A stretch of 64,000 nucleotides of DNA from Phallusia mammillata (lineage: Eukaryota), in the NCBI GenBank assembly GCA_965637545.1, contig OZ281500.1, positions 6,882,001 to 6,946,000 of the forward strand, given 5' to 3'. Both the position numbers and the translations under genes were made by a program. Position 1 is the first letter of the stretch. Each line of letters starts with the position of its first letter. Positions 35,083 to 48,600 of this stretch are shown here, piece by piece. Below the pieces are notes generated by a model. It made no database searches. It saw only the letters and a program-made list of their open reading frames with translations, and was not told the DNA's origin.

Positions 35083-37435
35083 ATGGCAGCTCTGGCAGAC
35101 GCAATGAAGGCAGGAATCTGGTTTGACCGCCCAAAAGTGGAAGAGGCTGAGTATAAATACCAAGAATACCTTGTGAGAACACAAACTGGTAGAAATGTTC
35201 CGGTGAAGGGGGTGACAGCACCGAAGGTGGTTGGCTGGTTGCACACATTCAAAGCATGTATTTTGGTGTTTAATCATTTACTTTTGAGTTTATGATTAAA
35301 ACCTAACACAGCACATTCAAGTTTCTGTCAATAGTTAAAGTTTCTGTCAATGATTTTTAAACTTACCTTGCTATAAACTTGAAGCAGGTTAAAAAGACAA
35401 TATCTGCATTGTTTATTTATATGACCAGTTTACCATGAAAGTGTATCAGAGTATTGTTTTGCTATATTTTGTTAGTTTTATGTTTGCATGGGGTGGTTTG
35501 ACACTTGGTAACTTGTTGCGTTGACCAAAATTTTATTGACTTTGAAAATATGTGCAGGCTTCTGAAAACTCAGGATCTAACTTGTCCCAGCAAATCAAAG
35601 AGGTGCGTCAAAAGATGCAAGACTCCCTTAAGGACACACCAGCAAGCGTAAGTTTAGTGAATAATACTGAAAGAAATTATTACAAAACATTTATCAACAT
35701 TTGACATAGACCATTTTGAAAGCAAAAGATTTTGAATGAGGATTTACTAATTATCACCTGACTCTACTTGACTGTTAATCAGATATTGTTTAATAAAACA
35801 TGTATTGTATCATAACATTCGCTTTAAAAGGTTAATGTTAAAAACATGCTTAAGGTTGGTGGTGATGCTGATGCGCTTCGCAAACAAGTTGAACTTCTCG
35901 CACAAGAAAATGAAAAACTAAAACAAGAAGTCACAAAGATAACAAAGCGATTTGAAGCAATTGAGCGACGATTAACTGCTGTTGAGGGCGGAAAATCGGC
36001 ACCCAACAAACCAGCTGATGAAAAAGTATTAAACAAATTCGTTTGTGAACTTAACTTTTGCCTATTTTGTTCACAGCTTGTTGATAGTAAAATACGGGTG
36101 TATGTAAATACCACTTGACCGCTGTGGCTGCTGTGGCCAGCCTGTACACACTTTCTAAATGCTGTGGCCAACCTGTAAATACTGTGTGACCGCTGTGGCC
36201 AACCTGTAAATACTGCATGACCGTTGTGGTCAACCTGTATGTACTGCATGACCGCTGTGACCAAGTGTTGACGGTTAGAGCTAGTGGGGTAAGGGTGAGG
36301 GTTGTATTGTAAATAACACTTCATTCGGGTCTCATTTACCTATATAGGTTGGTCACAGCGGTCACGCATTATTTACAGGTTGGCCACAGCGGTCACACAG
36401 TATTTACAGGTTGGCCACAGCATTTAGAAAGTGTGTACAGGCTGGCCACAGCGGTCACAGTGGTCACAGTGGTCAAGTGGTATTTGCATACACCCGTAAA
36501 ATACATGTGTTTCATTTTTCATCATTATTCTTACATTGTTTGAAATCGCCCTTACTTACTTAGCCTGTTCAAAACGGAGTCAAGGAAGAAGAGGATGAAG
36601 ATTCCGATATTGATCTGTTCGGATCTGATGATGAAGAAGATGATGAGGAAGCCGAACGAATTAAAGCAGAAAGATTAAAGGCATACCAAGAGAAAAAATC
36701 AAAGAAAACAGCTGTCATTGCAAAGTCCACAATAGTCCTTGATGTCAAACCAGTAAGTATTTTTTACACCAATGTACAATTTGTTGAATTGCCTTTAATG
36801 GTTTGCATGCTGCTTTAGTGGGATGATGAGACCAACATGGCTGAATTGGAGAAATGTGTTCGGTCAATTGAAATGGACGGTTTATTATGGGGTGCTTCAA
36901 AGTTAGTTAAGGTATGGCCACTGGCTTAAGCAATGGACAGAGAACCAATAGAACCTAGAAACAAAGGGTTTTCTTCACATGCTAAAATAAATGTTGTATT
37001 GTTGTTATTTGACAAACTATTTCTGTTGGTAAACCACCAATTTGCCTTTGTTAGACTTAATTGAGACATAACTATGTCATTTCAAACAGTAAGTATACAT
37101 AAATTCATACATTATCTATTTTTGGAAATGTTAACCCACATAATGTTGTTAAAAAAATTATTGCCAACTGTTGCAGATTGCATTTGGAATCCTTAAGCTG
37201 CAGATTTCTTGTGTGGTAGAGGATGACAAAGTGGGAACTGATGATTTGGAAGAAAAAATATGTGGATTTGAGGATTATGTAAGCAAACTTTTTTTACGTC
37301 AATTAAACTTAATGTACAATGCTGTTTGTAAATGTAAATATGTTGTTTACGCATAATGCCCAATTGGCATTGCAATTGCAAGGTATATATACGCAGGTTC
37401 AAAGCATGGACATCGTGGCCTTCAACAAGATCTGA
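35083..37435 (+). CDS. EEF1D: Translation elongation factor 1-delta (eEF1B-delta), multi-exon
   Basis: [18 protein letters not shown]-terminal motif, leucine-zipper exon [19 protein letters not shown], acidic [11 protein letters not shown], and GEF domain [11 protein letters not shown]|WDDETNM...[12 protein letters not shown]|...VEDDKVGTD...|[12 protein letters not shown]. Confidence 0.96.
36096..36495. mobile_element. Foldback/MULE-type non-autonomous element in EEF1D intron
   Basis: Long (~150-170 bp) inverted arms beginning GGGTGTATG / CATACACCC, built from ~30-bp tandem subunits (TGACCGCTGTGGCCAACCTGTAAATACTG), perfect 9-bp TSD GTAAAATAC. Confidence 0.9.
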
Positions 37436-38713
37436 TCACGTGACTTCACACCGCCACACGATAGTGCCACGAGCGATTGAAAACAAGTTCCTGCTCAATA
37501 AAAAATACTTTACGTGCAAATCGTATTCGTGATATACGAGCTTTCAGATAAAAATAATGGTCAAACTTTCCAAAAATTCAGCTAAAGGATTGGGTAGTTT
37601 GGGTTTTAGCAGTGCATAGGTTGATTTGAGTTAGCATGGGTGCCGGCACAAAATTTTGGAGAAGGGGACAAATTTTGGCACCTACCTTCTCAAATGCATG
37701 GATTACGATATGAAATAAAAAGCATAACGTATGCACAGCACTTTTGCGTTGCATAAAACCTGAACCACTATGTGAAAATTTCCCACGTTACACCGGACAC
37801 AAATTTGTGTTACGTAGGGTCGTAGGCTATACCAGTTTTTTTTTAATACAGCACAACGTATAGGTAAATAATACGGACCTCGTTTAACCTGTTTGTTTAT
37901 GGACATTCACTTTTCCCCTTTACCTTTTAAAGCATGAAACCATTTCATTCATCGGGTGACAAAAGAAGGTTTAGTACATTTAGAAGGATGTTTGAACTTC
38001 GTTTAGTCACTTTGTCAAATTAATATTTGTAAATCGTAGGTTTCGAAGTATGGTGGTGGAGTCGGCTCAAAAACAAAGTAAAGATTGTCATCCGCATGGC
38101 GGTTAGACGTGGCCAATAATGTCTTTCCTATTCTGTCAGTTCGAGCACTATCGAACTAGCTTCGCTAGGGATGTGGCATTCACTGCATGATTTATTCGTT
38201 CTATACGTATTGCAGTTGTTATGAGGTCGTCCATTTAGGCACAAATACTCCAAAGTTTCAGGGTGTCGGTTTATGTGTCCGTAATATTTTGGACATTGTT
38301 TTTCTACAAATTTAATTAGTTGCTGCTGTACTTTTAGTTAGTTCTTTAATGTGGAATTGTTAGTCCTATGTTTTTGACATTAAATTCTAAACAGGCGCCG
38401 ATAGCAAAACTTTACGAGCTCAGAGCTGGTCCACCTGCTTTCTGCAATGCTACATATCAAAATGTTATTGAGTGTTAATTCACTCAGCGTTAGTTGAAGA
38501 TTGCCTTGTTTTGGTGTGCGTACATTTTATGTTCCCAGTCTAAGGCGAGAGGTTGAAGGTCATCTTCTTTTTTTCTCACTACCACTAGAGGTGGAACGAC
38601 AAGAGCGGTCCTTGTTAAGCCAGGAGACAAGCCGACATGAAATTTTGGATCGAGTTCTCATTACAACTTTTGGGGAGAAAATTACTGTAGTGGGTTACCA
38701 CATCCCTCTATAT

Positions 38714-39129
38714 CAGTGGTTCCCAAACTTTTTCATATTTTTTTCTAAACGGTCCCCTTGCCATTATTTCGAGGGCTCGCGGTCCTTAAGCCTTAATGTG
38801 TATTTCATAAAAACGAAAGTTTATTGCAGGATTTTAGCTAGTTGTGCAAAATTGCGCATAATGATCATCCAAAGACAGCATGTGACATCACAAACAGGAC
38901 AAAAACATTACGATTGTGCGCGAACAATTGCATTTTTTATAGTTGTTATTCAATAAAGGCCATTGTTTAGCAATGGAGACGATTCTCAATTCTACTTCGA
39001 TTTAAACTTATTTAGTAGCACAAACTGACGCCAAATAAGATTATAGAATTGCTTCAACCGCTTCGCGGTCCCCCCAAAATTGCCTTACGGACCCCTAAAG
39101 GACCGCGGACCCCAGTTTGGGAACCGCTG
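38714..39129. mobile_element. hAT-type MITE
   Basis: TIR CAGTGGTTCCCAAACT / AGTTTGGGAACCGCTG, 8-bp TSD CTCTATAT, CGGACCCC/CGGTCC subterminal motifs. Confidence 0.9.
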
Positions 39130-40225
39130 CTCTATATAGTGCCTAGCAGAGGAAAGGGTCAGCAAGTCCCATTGATAAGCAGCTAACTAAGTGCCTATCC
39201 CGCTGCCCGATACTGCTAATCGAAAAAACGCCTCGTGTAAAATTTAAGGTTTGTAAGCCACTTTGTCGGTATCTCCAGTTTTTTTTGGAACGAAATAGAA
39301 GGGCTTGTTATAGGTTAAACTGGAACATTGGCGCGGTGAAAAATCTCTCAGGATAAAAAATACAAACAATTTAAACCGAAAGTGAATACACGACAAGCAT
39401 TGTGAAATTTTCTGTCGATTTGAAATTGCTGTTATAGGATTGTGGTATTTTTTTAGGTTTGAGGTGGAACAGAAAATCAGTTGGTAGTCCAAACAACTAA
39501 TGGCCGAGGACTCAAAGTTCAAGTTACGGAATCGACAAGGGCACTCCAGAAAATAGGTGTTTTGTTTCGCCGCTTGAAACGAAGTCGTTAACCTGGCGTA
39601 TCAGGTATCTGTGCGCACCTTTCTTACCCTTCCGCGCCACCATTGAAAAACTGTGTATTCGGCTTGTCAAAACGGCAGCGGCCTCCGAAAATAGAACCCA
39701 CGGGACTTGAATGACCTGATACGAGCCAGCAGTACCGTGTTGGCTAATCACAAGGGTTTTTGTTTTACGCTTTTTGTGCACCTGGTACCAAACCCCACGG
39801 ATGTGTAACAGTGCAGTATAAAATACAACGTAGTATAGCAAGTTTACAGAGAAAGAACATGAAAGGAGTCACCTGTCCGACGTCTAAGAATTGGCTTAAG
39901 TAAGTTTGAAGCAGAGGAATTTGGCCCTAATGTTATGTTTCTTGGTGAAAGTTTAGTTTGGAAGAAGTAACCTGTGTTACGCACAAAGCTGTGTGGGTTG
40001 TAATAGGGTATATCCGAGGCCAACTGTCGCTCAATGAGCAGGAGAATGCAGATAAATATAAGGCCACCGGTTTAATTGTGTACTTTTGTGCTTTTAGGTA
40101 GCATGAGTTGCAACAGGATACTTATTAGGGCTAACTTACGTATAGCCTATAGTAGTCATTCACTTATGTATTCAAAAATAGCTGGATAATATGACTTCTT
40201 ACGAGGCCTGATCGAATTGCACAAC

Positions 40226-42181
40226 ATGCCGTGGAAGAACAGGACACCTTCCCAGCGCCAAGAGGCCCTCATCGGGGCTAACTCTGTGGTTAAGAGAAAC
40301 TTCAAATTAACATTCAGCGTCGCCGAGAGACAGCTACTTGAACAGATCGCTTTGTCGGACGGCAATTCGCCTTATTTTAAACCCATCGAAATTGTGAGTG
40401 ATGCAGATTGGTTAGTAAACCATGATGAACTTGGACAAACTTACGAATCGTTTTGGAGATCATATATTATCGGCAAACCAGAGCCTTCGACCTGTCTGAA
40501 TGATGGCGGTCAAGATTCCCGACCGCAAACGGCGTTTTCGATGCGAACGCAACTCAGAAGTCGAGCTGCTTCAAGAACGGTTGCTGGTGAACCAAAGGTC
40601 ATCTCTATTCTGCCGTTAGGCCTCTTCCCCGGCGACGATCAGCCTAGCACATCGAAAAGCTCGAATACTTTTCTTATATGGCTGCAAACTTACTGTAAAG
40701 CCTTCTTTCACAAGTCCAAGGTTAGTGTTCTGATATCCGTCGGTTTCAATCACCCTTTTGTTTGATTCTTCCACAGGTTGTTGTTCTTCCACCAGTAACA
40801 GTAGCTGAAGTGGCTTGTCGATACCGTGTTAATCAGCTCACTGGCCGATTTCAACTCCATGCTGGTGACATCCTGGTACATTTGCGAAAGGTGAACCGGC
40901 GTTGAAAGAACTGAACATACTTCGACGTGTTATTTTAGTGTTAACATCATTTTACGGCAGGTGAAACCAAAGTACGCCCATTGTTTGGTTGCTGTCACGA
41001 TGGTGGACCTCTACCCCAAGTCATCTTGGGATTTCGTGTTTGGTTTAGCCTCCAGCAGTCATGCAGCCTCTGCCGGTGGGGTTGGAGTTTTCAGTTTTGC
41101 ACGGTAGTTGATCACTTTATATTTGTTTGTTTTTTGTGGGTGTCACGTTGACTGTGTCACAGATTCGATGACGTGTTTTATGAAACCTGGACGCAAGGCA
41201 CTGATAAAGTGATAAAAACTGAAGATGGGAAGTTAAGTTACACGGTGTTCTTAAAACCTGCGAAAAGAGCCGACGGGTCTGAAGTTCCGATCACTGATGC
41301 TCTGCTAAGAAGAGCTTGCAACGTAAGTAAAACAGAATTCACACTTGTTTTTTAAAGCCTGATCATAGATAGGTATGCCGTTATCCCAATCAGTCATGCA
41401 GTTGTGTAAAAAAAATCAGGCAAACGACAAAAACAAACCGTGATCATTTTTTTCAAGGTTATGGCACACGAGATTGGACATATGTTCGGATTAAAGCATT
41501 GTGTTTGGATGAGTTGTCTAATGAACGGATCCAATCATTTACAGGAGTCTGACAATAGGCCTTGTCACCTTTGCCCTGTTTGCCTTCGCAAATTGCAGGT
41601 TTATTGGAGCTTGTGTTTTTAAAAGTTGCATGTTTCGCTATGAATAAACACAATCTTTAGTCAGTTATGGATTTCAATTTGTTGGACCGGTACAGAGCTC
41701 TAAGGGAGTGGATGTCAGTCGACTTCTGGAAAAACTACATCCACGATCCTAATCAAGTCGTAGTTGGTAAGCAAGAAGTATATACTTTCAACTGTATATA
41801 CAGTTTTTGCCTCACATATTGTTTTCAACTACATCAAAACTGTTTACAGAGCCAGAAAAGAGATCACCACGAGGACCTTTGTCGTCATCTTTCGGCAGAC
41901 GTACGTCACTGCCCGAGGCCTTACGTACCTCTGTGACATCACAATCGCGAAGGCCTGCAACCAAAAAAGGCGGGAGGTCCTCGGGTCGGATATCGTCCTC
42001 GGCAAGGATTCCTGCCTCTACTAGCGTGTCGCTCTTCAGTGACAAGGGAATTGCACCTACAAAGAATGATGTGAAACGAAAGGAAAAGCATGCAGTTCAG
42101 CCACCACCTCTGCTCTCCTTTGCGCAGTTTCGAAATTGGCTTAGAGACGTAATTGGGTTTTTATCTGTGCAAAATGAATAG
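40226..42181 (+). CDS. AMZ2: Archaemetzincin-2-like zinc metalloprotease (M54), multi-exon
   Basis: DWLVNHDELGQTYESF, VTMVDLYPKSSWDFVFGLA, GVFSFAR, zinc motif HEIGHMFGLKHC followed by CLMNGSNHLQESD and LCPVCLRKL (Cys4 zinc site), ending at 42181. Confidence 0.92.
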
Positions 42182-42640
42182 ATGCAAGTGCCAATCATGT
42201 TTACTTATACTTGTGTATGTTATCAAATAAGTTAATTTGAGTAATAGCATTATCAGAAGCGGTCATAAAATACACACATTGGGTAATGATTGTGTGGTTT
42301 TGTTTTGGTGGAAGAGTTTATTTGATCAGACATTTCTCGCTTGCTTTTATTACTGCAAACAACACTGCGACATAAATTGCTAACATGAAATGAGTAAAAC
42401 ACTAAACATACAAAATAACGGAGACATTCTAAACGTTGAACGAAACATTACAAGAAACGTATTTTGCAACAGTTAAAAGGTTTTATAACCACCTGCCATT
42501 GTAAAAATTGATTTTCAATTGCTAACACACGTAAGCGCTTTATAAGACAGAACAGTGTAACATGAAACCATGACAAGAACTAACATACACGTACAAAAAC
42601 ACCTACATATACCGGTTACAAAATGTGCAAAATCAGTCAC

Positions 42641-45600
42641 TTAAGCCTTGCTCTGTTTTCTTTGACTTTGTGCAATTAGTGCCTGTTTGTCGGCGGCGTC
42701 TGCGTTTCGAACATTTTTAATAACAACGTAACAGAGGGAGATAAGTAGGACACTGAACAGCAGAAGGAAACAAATGGCAACGAGCACAAGAAGCCAACTT
42801 TCACTGACATGGGAGATAATTCGCAACGCTTTATGTGGTTCACTCTCCGTTTGATTTTCTGCAAAGAAATTCCGTCGGTGAGAACTCATACTTGTATGTT
42901 TATGTTAATTAGTCCTAACTTTTATGTTAATTAGTCCGACCACTTAGTCAAGCGATTTTAGTTGTACAGCTTATGTGGAAAGTCTACAGTTGGCGATAAA
43001 TGTTTAAAGAAGAGTTTCTCAGCCGGTGGCACGATTTTTTAAATCTGTCAAAAGGTAAACGAGACAAATTATTCATACTTGAATTATGACAAACTATATG
43101 CTTTATAAGCATAGCAGCTTATACGATTGTGACTGTTTTAATCTGTGTCCTATACCCAACGCTATTTCTACGTTAGCAAATAGACGTAGGATAGCTGTTG
43201 CGATAAAAACTGTTAGTCACTTACCGGCCAACACTGCGTCGCCGCTGGCTCGCTTTGCAACAGTAATAGGAAGCGATGTGGCGATTTTCACGTGTTTGTT
43301 CTCATGCATGCTGCGACGAGCCCGGGTGCAGTTCTATAAAGTGACGAGCAAGTTAAACAATGTGACAGACTGGCAAATCACACGAGAAAAATGAATTTAC
43401 ACGAAAATTCAAAATTGGCAGTACTAAACCCATTTCTATGTGATGATGCACTAATCTGTATAGACGTAGCCAATAATAGTAAAAAATCCTCATAATATTT
43501 GAAATATAAATTTATACCAGACAACATGCTTACAATGTAGCAATTTCCCTCCGCCACTGGATCACACAAGTGCACCATTGCGTGGACGTAAATTTGCTGT
43601 ACACTTCCGCTAGAGACCGCTATAAACTGGAAAACACGAAACATAAACCTTGAATCGGAAACCTCACCGTTTTTGGTCACCACAATCCCGTCGGACAAAA
43701 CTTCATTCTGGTTGTCACATCTAAAAGAAGTATGTACGACTTAAGCAAACACGCGTGGGAAAATTGTCATGCAATGAAGCCATACGTACCCGCTTTGCAG
43801 TAGATTATACGAAATCGCGTCGTTTGGTGAACTTGAAGGAGTGGCCCAGGCGAGAAGAACCTAAAGCATGCATGTCATGAAAATGAGCGAAGCTGTGCTT
43901 TAAAATGTAAATTCTGTGTGGAATTTACCTGTACGCTAAGCGCTGACGAAGCAGGACTCTGAACAGTAACGTAAATGTAATCGCTAACTGTGATCTGTTC
44001 GTTCGCGACATAGGAGGTTCCAAAGTAAGTGTCTGTCCATAGTCCGATGGTCATCGTAAACGCGCCAATCTGTTCAGGGGCAGTAGCCTCAATAGTGCTA
44101 ATTGCAAAATGTCAGACGTTTAGGCGTCAGGTATAAACACATACAATATTGTATTAAGAAATGTCGGAAAGGGACTTACTTTGGTGCTGGGGTGATGCCT
44201 AGATCAGCAGTTATATTAATGTTGGTTGGAAAGGTGCATGAAAATGGAACATAAAGCGAAGACTGGCGAGATATGATCGCATCCGCAGCTAATGTTCCAG
44301 ACATGCCTTGTATTGCGTTTGAGAATGTAATATTCTTCCCATCGGTGCTCAACTGTATAACGTTGCAAAAAAGTTTAAACTAATGAGCGAGAGCAAATTA
44401 ACAAACAAAAGCATTACCAATTACCTGAACATCTGTGTTGCATGCGGACAGGTTTCCGATTAATGCAAATTTGTACGTCAAAGTTGTGCCCCTATAGTAC
44501 TTAAATATTCCGAAGCATGTATTGTTTGTATCAGATGCTACAGTCACGTTCTGTGCCTCCAGAGCGCTCTGATTGATGCCGTTCATGTAGAGATCGCCAA
44601 GATGGTAATCAGCCGCGTTCAATGCGCATTTATTTAAACTGGATTGGAAAACACACACGTTAGACATAACTAAATCAGTGTATATACCTAAAAATTCTTT
44701 TTGTGCGTTTATAGATCCAAATTTAGTCAATTTGTGCTAGTTCGGCCCGAGTGTTTATTGATTTGGCGGTAAACATTTAAATTGTAGGGAAAATAATCAG
44801 ACAAAAATGGTAATTTGTAATGTTACCACAAAGCAGTAACATTAAAAATACGTTGGGGCTCGTGAAAACGCTAAAAGTTAAATCTCAGTCCCGACAACTT
44901 TTTAAAATGCGCACTCCTGATACAAAGCCCGTATCGTTTAACTTGGTCATCTATATGTAAAAAAATGCTTACAACAATTTGATTCCGCTTGACGCGCAGA
45001 CCAATTTTTCGATTATATTGCTTGAAATGTTTTCAGACGAATAGGGATTGCCAGGTAGATCGGTGTTGGCAACACATTCACAACCTGTAGCGCCGCAAGT
45101 GGTTATTGTTGACGACCCACAAGATGTGCCCAATGATTTGCATGTATCAGATGAACCTGGGATATACAATTGATACATTGACATGACTGTACATAAATTT
45201 ACAGTTACTCGATGATTGTACGTTTAATGTGAGCAAAACATTACAAAAGCGATTTAGGTTTTTGACTTACTGGGAGAAACGCCGCAGTCTTGAGAGCACA
45301 CTTCAGTGCAGTTCATGTAATAAGTGAGTTGAAAATTCTCGTTCGTATCATTGCACAGCTGCGTAGAGTTAACTGAAAAGCAATTGTATTGTTTTGCCAA
45401 AACGTTTCCTGTTGAGGTCATTAGTATTATTTCACAGGGCGCTTCTTGTTGTGAGTCGCACAGCTCACCCAGTTCAACTCATTTACGGTAGAGTATAGAA
45501 AACATACCATAAAAGTGTTGAACTAGCCGGACCATGCGATGTGATTGTAACAAACTTGTGAGTTAAGGTTAAATGCAAGTTACTACGATTTGATAATACT

Positions 45601-45694
45601 TTAAGCAATTTACAACAGTCTTACCTAATGTCTGTGCATTCACAATAACTGGATAGGCCAGGGCTACCAAAAACAACAGCACACAGCCCTTCAT
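42641..45694 (-). CDS. Membrane-anchored zona pellucida (ZP) domain protein (uromodulin/GP2/tectorin-like) with a Cys-rich N-terminal module
   Basis: Signal peptide MKGCVLLFLVALAYPVIVNA, Cys-rich exons, ZP-N (LVCASSGIKLFLNKC ... VPFSCTFP), ZP-C (WATPSSSPND, KNGEVSDSRFMFRVFQF, IYVHAMVHLCD), furin site RARR, TM WLLVLVAICFLLLFSVLLISLCYVVI, short basic tail. Confidence 0.88.
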
Positions 45695-48600
45695 TATGAT
45701 CTACTGCTCAGCTACTGTTTATACTAAAACCATTTTACTGACAGTAGCTATGCTGTGCGTCAACGATATGCCCTGGCCATCTCCAAGCGTCAAAAGTGGC
45801 ACAAAGACGCCGAAAAACGCCATTTTAAACTGATATCATCCGGACATGATGTCGACCCGCTTAAGTCCCGCTATTCCCACACGAACGTACGGGTGCATTC
45901 TACAGTGACAACACTGTACGTGTCAGCGATGCAACAATCGCACAGTCGTCGTTTCCGTTTCATATCCGCTATTTGCCGCCGATACCGGGAACAGGTAGCG
46001 TGATTATGCATTGTTTCATGACAGCGCTAAGCTGCACAGATCTGACTCAATTGGGACAGGTTGGCAGTCAACAGCCGATTGAAGCGCTGCTGTGGGAACG
46101 ATGTTTGTGCAGCGTCCTCATTTGTTAGATACAGGAAAGCTGTCGTCAATACGTACATCTGTGTGATTTAGCTGTATCCCTGAAATGCGTTACATTTACA
46201 GTCCACGCCAAAGGCACAATGTTGATACGTGGGTGTGTCGGTTACCGCATCCATATTCCAATCCTGATTTTTTAACCATTACCGTACACATGCATTTTAT
46301 CCCACTCAAACCGCCTTACAGGCTATTATGACTATATTGGCTGTTGCATTTACACTTTAAAATTTGAAACAGAATTTGGGATTGATTACCTGACAAACAT
46401 TGAAATGCACAGCATATTTGATTTTCGTGAAACCTAACAGTCTTTTAAGTTTTCTTAACCTACTAGTTTAGCTTTGAATATTGTTTGCAATAATTTTTTT
46501 AGTAGGTGTTTCTATGTTGACTGGTTGACGCGCTTTAAGTTCATTATGACGTTTGCATGTAAACAAAAAACAGTTTGATTCTTTGCATTGTAAATTGCTT
46601 CGCCTGTTATATTTTCAACGCCTAAAAACTTAGTACAAATGTTGTATGATTTGTTAGTTAGTAAACTTGTCAAGCCGAGGAAAGTTCAAGTGCAGCTGCA
46701 AGGTACTAGGAAAGTAATGCCATGGATTTTGGAGAATATTATCCAAAAAACAACTCCTGGTAAGGTTAGTGTGTAGTTTTTGTATTGGTACAAACAAAAC
46801 GCCATTTTTGTCCAAGCTGTCGCAATGTGGCAGTGTAAGCTTCTTCTAGAGGGCAATAGTGAGCTGGTTTGTTAAGGGTTATTGCCTTGTGATAGAGCGC
46901 CGTTCGAAATTGGGATAGCCTACAACCACTGTGTTTATAAAACATATATATTATATATATATATAGTTAACAAATAAGTTAGACAAGATTGTTTCTTTGC
47001 TGCTTACAAACTAATAGTCATCCTAACTTACTAAAAATGATCACACATTACACACAAAAAACAGGCGATGTAACTTTGGAGGACATATTTTGCCCAGACG
47101 GCAGCTTCACTGTCTATCATACACCATTTTAGAAGTTTTTGCATCGACTGGTTTTGTTTGTTGGAAATGTGGATCTTTGGTTTTGTTGTAACTCGCTTAC
47201 ACTATGGCATGAAAAAACATTCTCATATGGTACTACCTGTCACAAGGTTATTGTTATAGCTGCAGTTTCTACACAACTGTAGACCATAAACTGCTATCTA
47301 TTATTACATTAGTTTTTTTCGTGTGAGAACTTTACCACCCATTTGCTATGGTTTTCAATATGACATGTTTGCAAGGTTTATTTTGGTTGGCATGGATGTG
47401 AAGTTGTGTTTACTTACCGCTCTCACACATATAGATTCACATCAACCAGGAAACCATGTGTTTGCGAATAACATATTTTAACGAGTGGTTGAAACTTTGA
47501 TTTCGAAATAAGTCGCCTTCGAGGGGCGAAAGGTCGTCGATTAGACTTTAACTGCCTCTCATGGGATTTGCCAAGTGGCGCATACGATCGTTTTTATCGG
47601 GTAAGATGGAATCCCGGCTACGCAGCTGACATGTAAAGAGCGGCAACCATGGACTGTTCAAACACCCCAAACTTAAACACTTGCGAATGTCTGATTTATT
47701 AATTATCTATATTTTGCGATATAACCAAGTTAAATTTAAACCTCGCTTTTTCTCTCCTCATTTGCTCTGATCCAAGCGATTCGGGTTTTTTGCGAAATAT
47801 CACTGGGCACGTTATATAATTGGGACAATGGAAACCTTATCGTGCAGCCATGACATGTATTGATAGGTTTAGAAAAATGTAATGTTCCATAACAGAACAC
47901 AATTTAGGCTCAGTCGTGATGACTGGTGTAGTCAAAATGACTTATTCGGGGTTAAGTGCCTGAAACCGTGAAAAATCTCTCAAATGTATACGTTTCGATC
48001 GAGCGCGATCGAATAATCGAAATCGATTGGACAGCTGGCAGCCGGTCGAGGAAATCATGCGCATCCAGACGCGTAGGTCGTTTAGTTAAGGCGCCCATAA
48101 ATCCGTCGAAGTCAGACATTTAAACGCACACCGGAGCTAAATTAAATGGATGGCACCTTTTACTTCCAAAGATCGGTTTACATGCGCACTTGATGGAAAA
48201 AACACCGAGGCTTACTTAGTGCTTATAATATTTTTAATGTAAGCATTTCAGAAAATAATATTGTTTTTACATTTTTGAAAAATTGCCTTTTTAAACGTCA
48301 TTGGTGTTGTTTTAGCTTTAACGACGTTAAGTTGCATTTTAAATCACAATTTAGTTATTCAACCAGTATGGCTTGGGATATCATGAATTACAATGATCTC
48401 ATTCATCTTAAAACAACAAGTTATTGTATTGCTAAGCATAGTAAGTTATCTAGGTTAATCAGAAGAGCTAATGCTGCAGTAATTTTGTAGCATCGATGTC
48501 AAAAATGACGATAGCCGTACAAAACAAGAAGTCTCAGCAAAATTAAGAGGGAAGGGGCGAAATAAACAATCTTTTTCTTGTTGTCGGTATTTTTCCTGCC

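Noticed and set aside
35735-35785. Possible C/D-box snoRNA in an EEF1D intron (ATGAGGA...CTGA...CAGA)
   Set aside because: Imperfect C and D boxes, no terminal stem, no recognisable rRNA guide.
36096-36495. Regularly spaced ~30-bp repeats superficially like a CRISPR array
   Set aside because: No unique spacers; the units are contiguous and mirrored as TIR arms with a TSD, in a eukaryotic intron.
35824-36543. ORFs with repeated [12 protein letters not shown] peptides
   Set aside because: Translations of the foldback element's tandem units and EEF1D antisense, not genes.
43724-43736. Match to the 3' part of miR-1 (AAAGAAGTATGTA)
   Set aside because: Lacks the seed and a hairpin, and coincides with the acceptor tract of a ZP-gene intron on the other strand.
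47988-48025. Hairpin GATCG/CGATC followed by GAAACGTA on the minus strand
   Set aside because: No CUGANGA upstream; treated as a simple palindrome.
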